Assembly (NCBI GenBank): GCA_032718475.1
Contig: JAUCBJ010002587.1
Location: 1-64,000, forward strand
Direction of reading: 5' to 3'
DNA: 64,000 bases
Origin: Nemertoderma westbladi
Lineage: Eukaryota > Animalia > Xenacoelomorpha
Shown here: positions 22,965 to 38,300 of the stretch, piece after piece
How the letters are laid out: each line of letters opens with the position of its first letter
Numbering within the stretch: position 1 is the first letter of the stretch
The notes under the pieces: model-generated
The model's input: only the letters and a program-made list of their open reading frames with translations
What the model was told of the DNA's origin: nothing
The model's database searches: none
Program-made: the position numbers and the translations under genes

Positions 22965-25900
22965 TTTAGAGTTGACCATCGTATTCCATTTTATTTCTAG
23001 AGGTCACCATCTATATTCCATTTTATTCACAGATGGGATCCTCTCTCTCTATTCCATTTTATTCACAGAGGTGACCATCTCTCTCTATTCCATTTTATTC
23101 ACAGAGGTGACCATCTCTCTCTATTCCATTTTATTCACAGAGGTGACCATCTCTCTCTATTCCATTTTATTCACAGAGGTGACCATCTCTCTCTATTCCA
23201 TTTTATTCACAGAGGTGACCATCTCTCTCTATTCCATTTTATTTACAGAGGTGACTTATACACAGAGGTGACCATCTTTTCTCTTCCATTTTATTCACTG
23301 AGATGACCATCTTCTCTATTCCATTTTATTCACATAGGTGACAATCTTCTCTATTCAATTTTATTCACAGAGTTGACCCTTCTCTCTCTATTCCATTTTA
23401 TTCACAGAGGTGACCATCTATCTATATTTCATTTTATTCACAGAGGTGACCATCTTCTCTATTCCATTTTATTCACATAGGTGACAATCTTCTCTATTCC
23501 ATTTTATTCACAGATGGGAACCTCTCTCTCTATTCAATTTTATTCACAGGGGTGACCATCTTCTCTATTCCATTTTATTCACAGAGGTGACCATCTTCTC
23601 TATTCCATTTTATTCACAGAGGTGACCATCTATCTCTATTCCATTTTATTCACAGAGGGGAGAATCTTCTCTATTCCATATTATTCACAGAGGTTAGCAT
23701 CTCTATTCCATTTTATTCACAGAGGTGACCATTTTCTCTATTCCATTTTATTCACAGAGGTGACAATCTTCTCTATTCTATTTTATTCACAGAGGTGACA
23801 ATCTTCTCTATTCCATTTTATTCACAGAGGTGACCATCTTCTCTATTCCATTTTATTCACAGAGGTGACCATCTTCTCTATTCCATTTTATTCACAGAGG
23901 TGACAATCTTCTCTATTCCATTTTATTCACAGAGGGGACAATCTTCTCTATTCCATATTATTCACAGAGGTTAGCATCTCTATTCCATTTTATTCACAGA
24001 GGTGACAATCTTCTCTATTCCATTTTATTCACAGAGGTGACAATCTTCTCTATTCCATATTATTCACAGAGGTTAGCATCTCTATTCCATTTTATTCACA
24101 GAGGTGACAATCTTCTCTATTCCATTTTATTCACAGAGGTGACCATTTTCTCTATTCCATTTTATTCACAGAGGTGACAATCTTCTCTATTCTATTTTAT
24201 TCACAGAGGTGACAATCTTCTCTATTCCATTTTATTCACAGAGGTGACCATCTTCTCTATTCCATTTTATTCACAGAGGTGACCATCTTCTCTATTCCAT
24301 TTTATTCACAGAGGTGACCATCTATCTCTATTCCATTTTATTCACAGAGGGGACAATCTTCTCTATTCCATATTATTCACAGAGGTTAGCATCTCTATTC
24401 CATTTTATTCACAGAGGTGACCATCTTCTCTATTCCATTTTATTCACAGAGGTGACAATCTTATCTATTCTATTTTATTCACAGAGGTGACAATCTTCTC
24501 TATTCCATTTTATTCACAGAGGTGACCATCTTCTCTATTCCATTTTATTCACAGAGGTGACAATCTTCTCTATTCCATATTATTCACAGAGGTTAGCATC
24601 TCTATTCCATTTTATTCACAGAGGTGACCATTTTCTCTATTCCATTTTATTCACAGAGGTGACAATCTTCTCTATTCTATTTTATTCACAGAGGTGACAA
24701 TCTTCTCTATTCCATTTTATTCACAGAGGTGACCATCTTCTCTATTCCATTTTATTCACAGAGGTGACAATCTTCTCTATTCCATATTATTCACAGAGGT
24801 TAGCATCTCTATTCCATTTTATTCACAGAGGTGACAATCTTATCTATTCTATTATATTCACAGAGGTGACAATCTTCTCTATTCCATTTTATTCACAGAG
24901 GTGACAATCTTCTCTATTCCATTTTATTCACAGAGGTGACAATCTTCTCTATTCCATATTATTCACAGAGGTTAGCATCTCTATTCCATTTTATTCACAG
25001 AGGTGACAATCTTCTCTATTCCATTTTATTCACAGAGGTGACCATTTTCTCTATTCCATTTTATTCACAGAGGTGACAATCTTCTCTATTCCATTTTATT
25101 CACAGAGGTGACCATCTTCTCTATTCCATTTTATTCACAGAGGTGACCATCTTCTCTATTCCATTTTATTCACAGAGGTGACCATCTATCTCTATTCCAT
25201 TTTATTCACAGAGGGGACAATCTTCTCTATTCCATATTATTCACAGAGGTTAGCATCTCTATTCCATTTTATTCACAGAGGTGACCATCTTCTCTATTCC
25301 ATTTTATTCACAGAGGTGACCATCTTCTCTATTCCATTTTATTCACAGAGGTGACCATCTATCTCTATTCCATTTTATTCACAGAGGGGACAATCTTCTC
25401 TATTCCATATTATTCTCAGAGGTTAGCATCTCTATTCCATTTTATTCACAGAGGTGACAATCTTCTCTATTCCATTTTATTCACAGAGGTGACCATTTTC
25501 TCTATTCCATTTTATTCACAGAGGTGACAATCTTCTCTATTCTATTTTATTCACAGAGGTGACAATCTTCTCTATTCCATTTTATTCACAGAGGTGACCA
25601 TCTTCTCTATTCCATTTTATTCACAGAGGTGACCATCTTCTCTATTCCATTTTATTCACAGAGGTGACCATCTATCTCTATTCCATTTTATTCACAGAGG
25701 GGACAATCTTCTCTATTCCATATTATTCACAGAGGTTAGCATCTCTATTCCATTTTATTCACAGAGGTGACCATCTTCTCTATTCCATTTTATTCACAGA
25801 GGTGACAATCTTCTCTATTCTATTTTATTCACAGAGGTGACAATCTTCTCTATTCCATTTTATTCAAAGAGGTGACCATCTTCTCTATTCCATTTTATTC

Positions 25901-28900
25901 ACAGAGGTGACAATCTTCTCTATTCCATTTTATTCACAGAGGGGACAATCTTCTCTATTCCATATTATTCACAGAGGTTAGCATCTCTATTCCATTTTAT
26001 TCACAGAGGTGACCATCTTCTCTATTCCATTTTATTCACAGAGGTGACCATCTATCTCTATTCCATTTTATTCACAGAGGGGACAATCTTCTCTATTCCA
26101 TATTATTCACAGAGGTTAGCATCTCTATTCCATTTTATTCACAGAGGGGACAATCTTCTCTATTCCATTTTATTCACAGAGGTGACAATCTTCTCTATTC
26201 CATTTTATTCACAGAGGGGACAATCTTCTCTATTCCATTTTATTCACAGAGGTGACCATCTTCTCTATTCCATTTTATTCGCAGAGGTGACCATCTATCT
26301 CTATTCCATTTTATTCACAGAGGGGACAATCTTCTCTATTCCATATTATTCACAGAGGTTAGCATCTCTATTCCATTTTATTCACAGAGGGGACAATCTT
26401 CTCTATTCCATTTTATTCACAGAGGTGACAATCTTCTCTATTCCATTTTATTCACAGAGGGGACAATCTTCTCTATTCCATTTTATTCACAGAGGTGACA
26501 ATCTTCTCTATTCTATTTTATTCACAGAGGTGACAATCTTCTCTATTCCATTTTATTCAAAGAGGTGACCATCTTCTCTATTCCATTTTATTCACAGAGG
26601 TGACAATCTTCTCTATTCCATTTTATTCACAGAGGGGACAATATTCTCTATTCCATATTATTTACAGAGGTTAGCATCTCTATTCCATTTTATTCACAGA
26701 GGTGACAATCTTCTCTATTCCATATTATTCACAGAGGTTAGCATCTCTATTCCATTTTATTCACAGAGGTGACCATCTATCTCTATTCCATTTTATTCAC
26801 AGAGGTGACCATCTATCTCTATTCCATTTTATTCTCAGAGGTGACCATCTATCTCTATTCCATTTTATTCACAGAGGTGACCATCTATCTATATTCCATT
26901 TTATTCACAGAGGTGACCATCTATCTATATTCCATTTTATTCACAGAGGGGACAATCTTCTCTATTCCATTTTATTCACAGAGGTGACAATCTTCTCTAT
27001 TCCATTTTATTCACAGAGGGGACAATCTTCTCTATTCCATTTTATTCACAGAGGGGACAATCTTCTCTATTCCATATTATTCACAGAGGTTAGCATCTCT
27101 ATTCCATTTTATTCACAGAGGTGACAATCTTCTCTATTCCATATTATTCACAGAGGTTAGCATCTCTATTCCATTTTATTCACAGAGGTGACAATCTTCT
27201 CTATTCCATTTTATTCACAGAGGGGACAATCTTCTCCATTCCATTTTATTCACAGAGGGGACAATCTTCTCTATTCCATATTATTCACAGAGGTTAGCAT
27301 CTCTATTCCATTTTATTCACAGAGGTGACAATCTTCTCTATTCCATTTTATTCACAGAGGTGACCATCTTCTCTATTCCATATTATTCACAGAGGTTAGC
27401 ATCTCAATTCTATTTTATTCACAGAGGTGACAATTTATCTCTATTTCATTTTATTCACAGATAATTCCATTTTATTCACAGAGGGGACAATCTTCTCTAT
27501 TCCATTTTATTCACAGAGGTGACCATCTTCTCTATTCCATTTTATTCGCAGAGGTGACCATCTATCTCTATTCCATTTTATTCACAGAGGGGACAATCTT
27601 CTCTATTCCATATTATTCACAGAGGTTAGCATCTCTATTCCATTTTATTCACAGAGGGGACAATCTTCTCTATTCCATTTTATTCACAGAGGTGACAATC
27701 TTCTCTATTCCATTTTATTCACAGAGGGGACAATCTTCTCTATTCCATTTTATTCACAGAGGTGACAATCTTCTCTATTCTATTTTATTCACAGAGGTGA
27801 CAATCTTCTCTATTCCATTTTATTCAAAGAGGTGACCATCTTCTCTATTCCATTTTATTCACAGAGGTGACAATCTTCTCTATTCCATTTTATTCACAGA
27901 GGGGACAATATTCTCTATTCCATTTTATTCACAGAGGTGACAATCTTCTCTATTCCATTTTATTCACAGAGGGGACAATATTCTCTATTCCATATTATTT
28001 ACAGAGGTTAGCATCTCTATTCCATTTTATTCACAGAGGTGACAATCTTCTCTATTCCATATTATTCACAGAGGTTAGCATCTCTATTCCATTTTATTCA
28101 CAGAGGTGACCATCTATCTCTATTCCATTTTATTCACAGAGGTGACCATCTATCTCTATTCCATTTTATTCTCAGAGGTGACCATCTATCTCTATTCCAT
28201 TTTATTCACAGAGGTGACCATCTATCTATATTCCATTTTATTCACAGAGGTGACCATCTATCTATATTCCATTTTATTCACAGAGGGGACAATCTTCTCT
28301 ATTCCATTTTATTCACAGAGGTGACAATCTTCTCTATTCCATTTTATTCACAGAGGGGACAATCTTCTCTATTCCATTTTATTCACAGAGGGGACAATCT
28401 TCTCTATTCCATATTATTCACAGAGGTTAGCATCTCTATTCCATTTTATTCACAGAGGTGACAATCTTCTCTATTCCATATTATTCACAGAGGTTAGCAT
28501 CTCTATTCCATTTTATTCACAGAGGTGACAATCTTCTCTATTCCATTTTATTCACAGAGGGGACAATCTTCTCTATTCCATTTTATTCACAGAGGGGACA
28601 ATCTTCTCTATTCCATATTATTCACAGAGGTTAGCATCTCTATTCCATTTTATTCACAGAGGTGACAATCTTCTCTATTCCATTTTATTCACAGAGGTGA
28701 CCATCTTCTCTATTCCATATTATTCACAGAGGTTAGCATCTCAATTCTATTTTATTCACAGAGGTGACAATTTATCTCTATTTCATTTTATTCACAGATA
28801 ATTCCATTTTATTCACAGAGGTGACCATCTTCTCTATTCCATTTTATTCACAGATGGGATCCTCTCTCTCTATTCTATTTTATTCACAGAGGTGACCATC

Positions 28901-31900
28901 TATCTATATTCCATTTTATTCACAGAGGTGACCATCTTCTCTATTCCATTTTATTCACAGAGGTGACCATCTTCTCAATTCCATTTTATTCAAAGAGGTG
29001 ACCATCTTCTCTATTCCATTTTATTCACAGAGGTGACCATCTATCTCTATTCCATTTTATTCACAGAGGTGACCATCTCTATTCCATTTTATTCACAGAG
29101 GTGACCATCTTCTCAATTCCATTTTATTCAAAGAGGTGACCATCGTCTCTATTCCATTTTATTCACAGAGGTGACCATCTATCTCTATTCCATTTTATTC
29201 ACAGATAATTCCATTTTATTCACAGAGTCTCTCTCTATTCCATTTTATTCACAGAGGTGACCATCTATCTCTATTCCATTTTATTCACAGAGGTGACCAT
29301 CTATCTCTATTCCATTTTATTCACAGAGGTGACCATCTTCTCTATTTCATTTTATTCACAGAGGTGACCATCTCTCTCTATTCCATTTTATTCACAGAGG
29401 TGACCATCTCTCTCTATTCCGTTTCATTCACAGATAATTCCATTTTATTCACAGAGGTGACCATCTATCTCTTTCTTTTTATTCACAGAGGTGACCATCT
29501 CTCTCTATTCCATTTTATTCACAGAGGTGACAATCTTCTCTATTCCATTTTATTAACAGAGGTGACCATCTCTCTCTATTCCATTTTATTCACAGAGAAT
29601 TCCATTTTATTCACAGAGGTGACCATCTTCTCTATTTCATTTTATTCACAGAGGTGACCATCTATTTCTATTCCATTTTATTCACAGAGGTGACCATCTA
29701 TCTCTATTCCATTTTATTCACAGAGGTACCATCTTCTCTATTCCATTTTATTCACAGAGGTGACCATCTCTCTCTATTCCATTTTATTCACAGAGAATTC
29801 CATTTTATTCACAGAGGTGACCATCTATCTCTTTCTTTTTATTCACAGAGGTGACCATCTCTCTCTATTCCATTTTATTCACAGAGGTGACAATCTTCTC
29901 TATTCCATTTTATTCACAGAGGTGACCATCTCTCTCTATTCCATTTTATTCACAGAGAATTCCATTTTATTCACAGAGGTGACCATCTTCTCTATTTCAT
30001 TTTATTCACAGAGGTGACCATCTTCTCTATTCCATTTTATTCACAGAGGTGACCATCTCTCTCTATTCCATTTTATTCACAGAGGTGCCATCTCCTCTAT
30101 TCCATTTTATTCACAGAGGTGACCATCTCTCTCTTTTCCATTTTATTCACAGAGGTGACCATCTATCTCTATTCCATTTTATTCACAGAGGTGACCATCT
30201 ATCTCTATTCCATTTTATTCACAGAGGTGACCATCTTCTCTATTCCATTTTATTCACAGAGGTGACCATCTCTCTCTATTCCATTTTATTCACAGAGAAT
30301 TCCATTTTATTCACAGAGATGACCATATATCTTTATTACATTTTATTCACAGAGGTGACCATCTATCTCTATTCCATTTTATTCACAGAGGTGCCATCTC
30401 CTCTATTCCATTTTATTCACAGAGGTGACCATCTCTCTCTATTCCATTTTATTCACAGAGAATTCCATTTTATTCACAGAGATGACCATCTATTTCTATT
30501 CCATTTTATTCACAGAGGTGACCATCTATCTCTATTCCATTTTATTCACAGAGGTGCCATCTCCTCTATTCCATTTTATTCACAGAGAATTCCATTTTAT
30601 TCACAGAGGTGACCATCTATCTCTATTCCATTTTATTCACAGAGGTGACCATCTATCTCTATTCCATTTTATTCACAGAGGTGACCATCTATCTCTATTC
30701 CATTTTATTCACAGAGGTGACCATCTTCTCTATTCCATTTTATTCACAGAGGTGACCATCTCTCTCTATTCCATTTTATTCACAGAGAATTCCATTTTAT
30801 TCACAGAGATGACCATCTATCTCTATTCCATTTTATTCACAGAGGTGACCATCTATCTCTATTCCATTTTATTCACAGAGGTGGCCATCTTCTCTATTCC
30901 AATTTATTCACAGAGCTGACCATCTCTCTCTATTCCATTTTATTCACAGAGAATTCCATTTTATTCACAGAGGTGACCGACCATCTATCTCTATTCCATT
31001 TTATTCACAGAGGTGACCATCTTCTCTATTCCATTTTATTCACAGAGGTTACCATCTCTCTCTATTCCATTTTATTCACAGAGAATTCCATTTTATTCAC
31101 AGAGGTGACCATCTATCTCTATTCCATTTTATTTACAGAGGTGACCATCTCTCTCTATTCAATTTTATTCACAGAGGTGACCATCTTTCTCTATTCCATT
31201 TTATTCACAGAGGTGACCATCTATCTCTATTCCATTTTATTTACAGAGGTGACCATATCTCTCTATTCAATTTTATTCACAGAGGTGACCATCTATCTCT
31301 ATTCCATTTTATTTACAGAGGTGACCATATCTCTCTATTCAATTTTATTCACAGAGGTGACCATCTATCTCTATTCCATTTTATTCACAGAGGTGACCAT
31401 CTATCTCAATTCCATTTTATTCACAGAGGTGACCATCTCTATTCCATTTTATTCTCAGAGGTGACCATCTATCTCTATTCCATTTTATTCACAGAGAATT
31501 CCATTTTATTCACAGAGATGACCATCTATCTCTATTCAATTTTATTCACAGAGGTGACCATCTATCTATATTCCATTTTATTCACAGAGGTGACCATCTA
31601 TCTCTATTCCATTTTATTCACAGAGGTGACCATCTATCTCTATTCCATTTTATTCTCAGAGGTGACCATCTATCTCTATTCCATTTTATTCACAGAGGTG
31701 ACCATCTATCTATATTCCATTTTATTCACAGAGGTGACCATCTATCTATATTCCATTTTATTCACAGAGGTGACCATCTATCTCTATTCCATTTTATTCA
31801 CAGAGGTGACCATCTATCTCTATTCCATTTTATTCACAGAGGTGACCATCTATCTCTATTCCATTTTATTCACAGAGGTGACCATCTATCTATATTCCAT

Positions 31901-34346
31901 TTTATTCACAGAGGTGACCATCTATCTATATTCTATTTTATTCACAGAGGTGACCATCTCTCTCTATTCCATTTTACTCACAGAGGTGACCATCTTCTCT
32001 ATTCCATTTTATTCACAGAGGTGACCATCTCTCTCTATTCCATTCTATTCACAGAGGTGACCATCTATCTCTATTCCATTTTATTCACAGAGGTGACCAT
32101 CTCTCTCTATTCCATTTTATTCACAGAGAATTCCATTTTATTCACAGAGGGGACCATCTCTCTCTATTCCATTTTATTCACAGAGGTGACCATCTCTCTC
32201 TATTACATTTTATTCACAGAGGTGACCATATCTCTCTATTCCATTTTATTCACAGAGGTGACCATCTATCTCTATTCCATTTTATTCACAGAGGTGACCA
32301 TCCTCTCTATTCCATTTTATTCACAGAGGTGACCATATCTCTCTATTCCATTTTATTCACAGAGGTGACCATCTCTCTCTATTCCATTTTATTCACAGAG
32401 GTGACATCTATCTCTATTCCATTTTATTCACAGAGGTGACCATCTATCTCTATTCCATTTTATTCACAGAGGTGACCATCTATCTCTATTCCATTTTATT
32501 CACAGAGGTGACCATCTATCTCTATTACATTTTATTCACAGAGGTGACCATATCTCTCTATTCCATTTTATTCACAGAGGTGACCATCTCTCTCTATTCC
32601 ATTTTATTCACAGAGGTGACCATCTATCTCTATTCCATTTTATTCACAGAGGTGACCATCTATCTCTATTCCATTTTATTCACAGAGGTGACCATCTCTC
32701 TCTATTACATTTTATTCACAGAGGTGACCATATCTCTCTATTCCATTTTATTCACAGAGGTGACCATCTATCTCTATTCCATTTTATTCACAGAGGTGAC
32801 CATCCTCTCTATTCCATTTTATTCACAGAGGTGACCATATCTCTCTATTACATTTTATTCACAGAGGTGACCATATCTCTCTATTCCATTTTATTCACAG
32901 AGGTGGCCATCTCTCTCTATTCCATTTTATTCACAGAGGTGACCATCTATCTCTATTCCATTTTATTCACAGAGGTAACCATCTATCTCTATTCCATTTT
33001 ATTCACAGAGGTGACCATCTATCTCTATTCCATTTTATTCACAGAGGTGACCATCCTCTCTATTCCATTTTATTCACAGAGGTGACCATCTCTCTCTATT
33101 CCATTTTATTCACAGAGGTGACCATCTCTCTCTATTACATTTTATTCACAGAGGTGACCATATCTCTCTATTCCATTTTATTCACAGAGGTGACCATCTA
33201 TCTCTATTCTATTTTATTCACAGAGGTGACCATCTCTCTCTATTCCATTTTATTCACAGAGGAGACCATCTCTCTCTATTCCATTTTATTCACAGAGGTG
33301 ACCATCCTCTCTATTCCATTTTATTCACAGAGGTGACCATATCTCTCTATTCCATTTTATTCACAGAGGTGACCATCCTCTCTATTCCATTTTATTCACA
33401 GAGGTGACCATCTCTCTCTATTACATTTTATTCACAGAGGTGACCATATCTCTCTATTCCATTTTATTCACAGAGGTGACCATCTATCTCTATTCCATTT
33501 TATTCACAGAGGTGACCATCTCTCTCTATTCCATTTTATTCACAGAGGTGACCATCTCTCTCTATTCCATTTTATTCACAGAGGTGACCATCTCTCTCTA
33601 TTCCATTTTATTCACAGAGGTGACCATCTCTCTCTATTCCATTTTATTCACAGAGGTGACCATCTCTCTCTATTACATTTTATTCACAGAGGTGACAATC
33701 TTCTCTATTACATTTTATTCACAGAGGTGACCATATCTCTCTATTCCATTTTATTCACAGAGGTGACCATCTCTCTCTATTACATTTTATTCACAGAGGT
33801 GACCATATCTCTCTATTCCATTTTATTCACAGAGGTGACCATCTATCTCTATTCCATTTTATTCACAGAGGTGACCATCTATCTCTATCCCATTTTATTC
33901 ACAGAGGTGACCATCTCTCTCTATTACATTTTATTCACAGAGGTGACAATCTTCTCTATTATATTTTATTCGAGGTGACCATATCTCTCTATTCCATTTT
34001 ATTCACAGAGGTGACCATCTCTCTCTATTCCATTTTATTCACAGAGGTGACCATCTTCTCTATTCCATTTTATTCACAGAGGTGACCATCTATCTCTATT
34101 CCATGTTATTCACAGAGGTGACCATCTCTTTCTATTACATTTTATTCACAGAGGTGACCATCTCTCTCTATTACATTTTATTCACAGAGGTGACCATCTA
34201 TCTCTATTCCATTTTATTCACAGAGGTGACCATATCTCTCTATTCCATTTTATTCACAGAGGTGACCATCTCTCTCTATTACATTTTATTCACAGAGGTG
34301 ACCATCTATCTCTATTCCATTTTATTCACAGAGGTGACCATCTATA
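22965..34346 (+). repeat. 32/35/36-bp satellite, ~11.4 kb (~320 copies), spanning the exon E splice acceptor
   Basis: Unit ctattccattttattcacag|aggtgaccatctatct; the final copy runs directly into exon E. Confidence 0.97.
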
Positions 34347-34536
34347 TGCCTTCTTCCTTCAATGGTCTCCATCTATATATGGGAAGGAATGCGATGACAC
34401 CGACTACAATGTTAGTGACCATGGCTTTGTTGTCGTGGAAACGACTGACCAGGATGAGCCGGTTATGTCAGCAGACTATAGTTCCTATGGAGACAGACCG
34501 GAAGCTCTGGCCATCGAGGTCAAAAAAGATTGGGAG
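34332..34536 (+). CDS. OXR1: OXR1-family exon E
   Basis: ttattcacag|A; joins exon D to give WFAIPRNEGDHLYAFFLQWSPSIYG...GFVVVE...KKDWE (OXR1 WFAVPQERTDHLYAFFIQWSP). Donor GAG|GTGCGT. Confidence 0.92.
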
Positions 34537-35240
34537 GTGCGTATAGCTATTTGGGGATAAAGTTAACAAACCTGATGATTATGGTTTATTAGTATAAAAT
34601 ATAATCAATTAAAAATGATTACAAACACAATCCACTATGTTTTTGTTACCATGTGTTTTACGGTTGTGTTTTTATTCTCGATACGTGTCGATGTTTAAAA
34701 TAGTGTTCTATATTCTATATAGAGTTAAGGTAAAATATTTTTTATTATAGATAGTATCGAGATTAAGTAATTTGTTTTATTTTCTATTCTAGGTAGTGTC
34801 GAAGTTTTTTATTCTATGTAATATTATGGTAATGTTCAGAAATGGAAAAACTGAGGAGCCAGCGCTATACGTACGTTTCGGAACATAACCATATTCGGAA
34901 CATTACCATAATATTACATCATTAATAATTACAGTTGCATCAACAGCTCAACGCCAATTCATTTATGCATTCTAGATAGTTTCGAGGTTAAACAAAACAT
35001 GTGGAAGGAATTGGGTAGGGGGGATGATGCCTTTACCACAAATGAGTGTAGAGTCTGAACTTATTTCCTGTATCCAAGTTATGGCTGTGAGTGAACAACT
35101 ATTGGTGGTCCATATTAATGCTTTGTTTTTGCTAAACTCACCCTATATCTCGCTCCCTAATCACTGATTGGTTGCTTTGCTTTATTATCACCCTCTCTCT
35201 CACTCCCTAATCACTGATTGGTTGCTTTTATTTATTATAG

Positions 35241-35345
35241 TTAATATCAATAAGATATCGCAGGAGGTCTTGGATTGCTGAACCAATATCATTTCCTATT
35301 ATAAATGGAGATACTCATTTGTTGAATCCTCAACAAATAGTCAGT
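35241..35345 (+). CDS. OXR1: OXR1-family exon F (entry to TLDc domain)
   Basis: tttattatag|TTA; 35 codons LISIRYRRRSWIAEPISFPIINGDTHLLNPQQIVS, aligning to the P.L...S.LL...QI segment that starts TLDc. Phase-0 donor AGT|GTAGGT. Confidence 0.75.
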
Positions 35346-38300
35346 GTAGGTAGCCAACCTCTAGGGTGTTTAGTCATTGTAGGTAGCCAACCTCTAGGGT
35401 GTTTAGTCATTGTAGGTAGCCAACCTCTAGGGTGTTTAGTCAGTGTAGGTAGCCAACCTCTAGGGTGTTTAGTCAGTGTAGGTAGCCAACCTCTAGGGTG
35501 TTTAGTCAGTGTAGGTAGCCAACCTCTAGGGTGTTTACTGTTTAGTCAGTGTAGGTAGCCAACCTCTAGGTTGTTTAGTCAGTGTAGGTAGCCAACCTCT
35601 AGGGTGTTTAGTCAGTGTAGGTAGCCAACCTCTAGGGTGTTTAGTCAGTGTAGGTAGCCAACCTCTAGGGTGTTTACTGTTTAGTCAGTGTAGGTAGCCA
35701 ACCTCTAGGTTGTTTAGTCAGTGTAGGTAGCCAACCTCTAGGTTGTTTAGTCAGTGTAGGTAGCCAACCTCTAGGGTGTTTAGTCAGTGTAGGTAGCCAA
35801 CCTCTAGGGTGTTTAGTCTTAGTCAGTGTGGGTAGCCAACCTCTAGGGTGATTAGTCAGTGTAGGTAGCCAACCTCTAGGGTGTTTAGTCAGTCTAGGTA
35901 GCCAACCTCTAGGGTGTTTAGTCAGTGTAGATAACCAACCTCTAAGGTGTTTAGTCAGAGTAGGTAGTTAACCTCTAGGGTGTTTAGTCTTAGTCAGTGT
36001 AGGTAGCCAACCTCTAGGGTGTTTAGTCAGTGTAGGTAGCCAACCTCTAGGGTGTTTAGTCTTAGTCAGTGTAGGTAGCCAACCTCTAGGGTGTTTAGTC
36101 AGTGTAGGTAGCCAACTTCTAGGGTGTTTAGTCTTAGTCAATGTAGGTAGCCAACCTCTAGGGTGTTTAGTCTTAGTCAGTGTAGGTAGCCAACCTCTAG
36201 GGTGTTTAGTCAGTGTAGGTAGCCAACCTCTAGGGTGTTTAGTCAGTGTAGGTAGCCAAGCTCTAGGGTGTTTAGTCTTAGTCAGTGTAGGTAGCCAACC
36301 TCTAGGGTGTTTAGTCAGTGTAGGTAGCCAACCTCTAGGTTGTTTAGTCAGTGTAGGTAGCCAACCTCTAGGGTGTTTAGTCAGTGTAGGTAGCCAACCT
36401 CTAGGGTGTTTAGTCTTAGTCAGTGTAGGTGCTGGCCAACCTCTAGGGCGTTTAGTCAGTGTAGGTAGCCAACCTCTAGGGTGTTTAGTCAGTGTAGGTA
36501 GCCAACCTCTAGGATGTTTAGTCAGTGTAGGTAGCCAACCTCTAGGGTGTTTAGTCAGTGAAGGTAGCCAACCTCTAGGGTGTTTAGTCAGTGTAGGTAG
36601 CCAACCTCTAGGGTGTTTAGTCAGTGTAGGTAGCCAACCTCTAGGGTGTTTAGTCAGTGTAGGTAGCCAACCTCTAGGGTGTTTAGTCAGTGTAGGTAGC
36701 CAACCTCTAGGGTGTTTAGTCTTAGTCAGTGTAGGTAGCCAACCTCTAGGGTGTTTAGTCAGTGTAGGTAGCCAACCTCTAGGGTGTTTAGTCAGTGTAG
36801 GTAGCCAACCTCTAGGGTGTTTAGTCAGTGTAGGTAGCCAACCTCTAGGGTGTTTAGTCAGTGAAGGTAGCCAACCTCTAGGGTGTTTAGTCAGTGTAGG
36901 TAGCCAACCTCTAGGGTGTTTAGTCAGTGTAGGTAGCCAACCTCTAGGGTGTTTAGTCAGTGTAGGTAGCCAACCTCTAGGGTGTTTAGTCAGTGTAGGT
37001 AGCCAACCTCAAGGGTGTTTAGTCTTAGTCAGTGTAGGTAGCCAACCTCTAGGGTGTTTAGTCAGTGTAGGTAGCCAACCTCTAGGGTGTTTTGTTTAGT
37101 CAGTGTAGGTAGCCAACCTCTAGGGTGTTTAGTCAGTGTAGGAGGTAGCCAACCTCTAGGGTGTTTTGTTTAGTCAGTGTAGGTAGCCAACCTCTAGGGT
37201 GTTTAGTCAGTGTAGGTAGCCAACCTCTAGGGTGTTTAGTCTTAGTCAGTGTAGGTAGCCTACCTCTAGGGTGTTTAGTCAGTGTAGGTAGCCTACCTCT
37301 AGGGTGTTTAGTCAGTGTAGGTAGCCAACCTCTAGGGTGTTTAGTCAGTGTAGGTAGCCAACCTCTAGGGTGTTTAGTCAGTGTAGGTAGCCAACCTCTA
37401 GGGTGTTTAGTCTTAGTCAGTGTAGGTAGCCTACCTCTAGGGTGTTTAGTCTTAGTCAGTGTAGGTAGCCATCCTCTAGGGTGTTTAGTCAGTGTAGGTA
37501 GCCTACCTCTAGGGTGTTTAGTCTTAGTCAGTGTAGGTAGCCTACCTCTAGGGTGTTTAGTCAGTGTAGGTAGCCTACCTCTAGGGTGTTTAGTCTTAGT
37601 CAGTGTAGGTAGCCAACCTCTAGGGTGTTTAGTCAGTGTAGGTAGCCAACCTCTAGGGTGTTTAGTCAGTGTAGGTAGCCAACCTCAAGGGTGTTTAGTC
37701 TTAGTCAGTGTAGGTAGCCAACCTCTAGGGTGTTTAGTCAGTGTAGGTAGCCAACCTCTAGGGTGTTTTGTTTAGTCAGTGTAGGTAGCCAACCTCTAGG
37801 GTGTTTAGTCAGTGTAGGTAGCCAACCTCTAGGGTGTTTTGTTTAGTCAGTGTAGGTAGCCAACCTCTAGGGTGTTTAGTCAGTGTAGGTAGCCTACCTC
37901 TAGGGTGTTTAGTCTTAGTCAGTGTAGGTAGCCTACCTCTAGGGTGTTTAGTCAGTGTAGGTAGCCTACCTCTAGGGTGTTTAGTCTTAGTCAGTGTAGG
38001 TAGCCAACCTCTAGGGTGTTTAGTCAGTGTAGGTAGCCAACCTCTAGGGTGTTTAGTCAGTGTAGGTAGCCAACCTCTAGGGTGTTTAGTCTTAGTCAGT
38101 GTAGGTAGCCAACCTCTAGGGTGTTTAGTCTTAGTCAGTGTAGGTAGCCTACCTCTGGGGTGTTTAGTCAGTGTAGGTAGCCAACCTCTAGGGTGTTTAG
38201 TCTTAGTCAGTGTAGGTAGCCTACCTCTAGGGTGTTTAGTCAGTGTAGGTAGCCTACCTCTAGGGTGTTTAGTCTTAGTCAGTGTAGGTAGCCAACCTCT

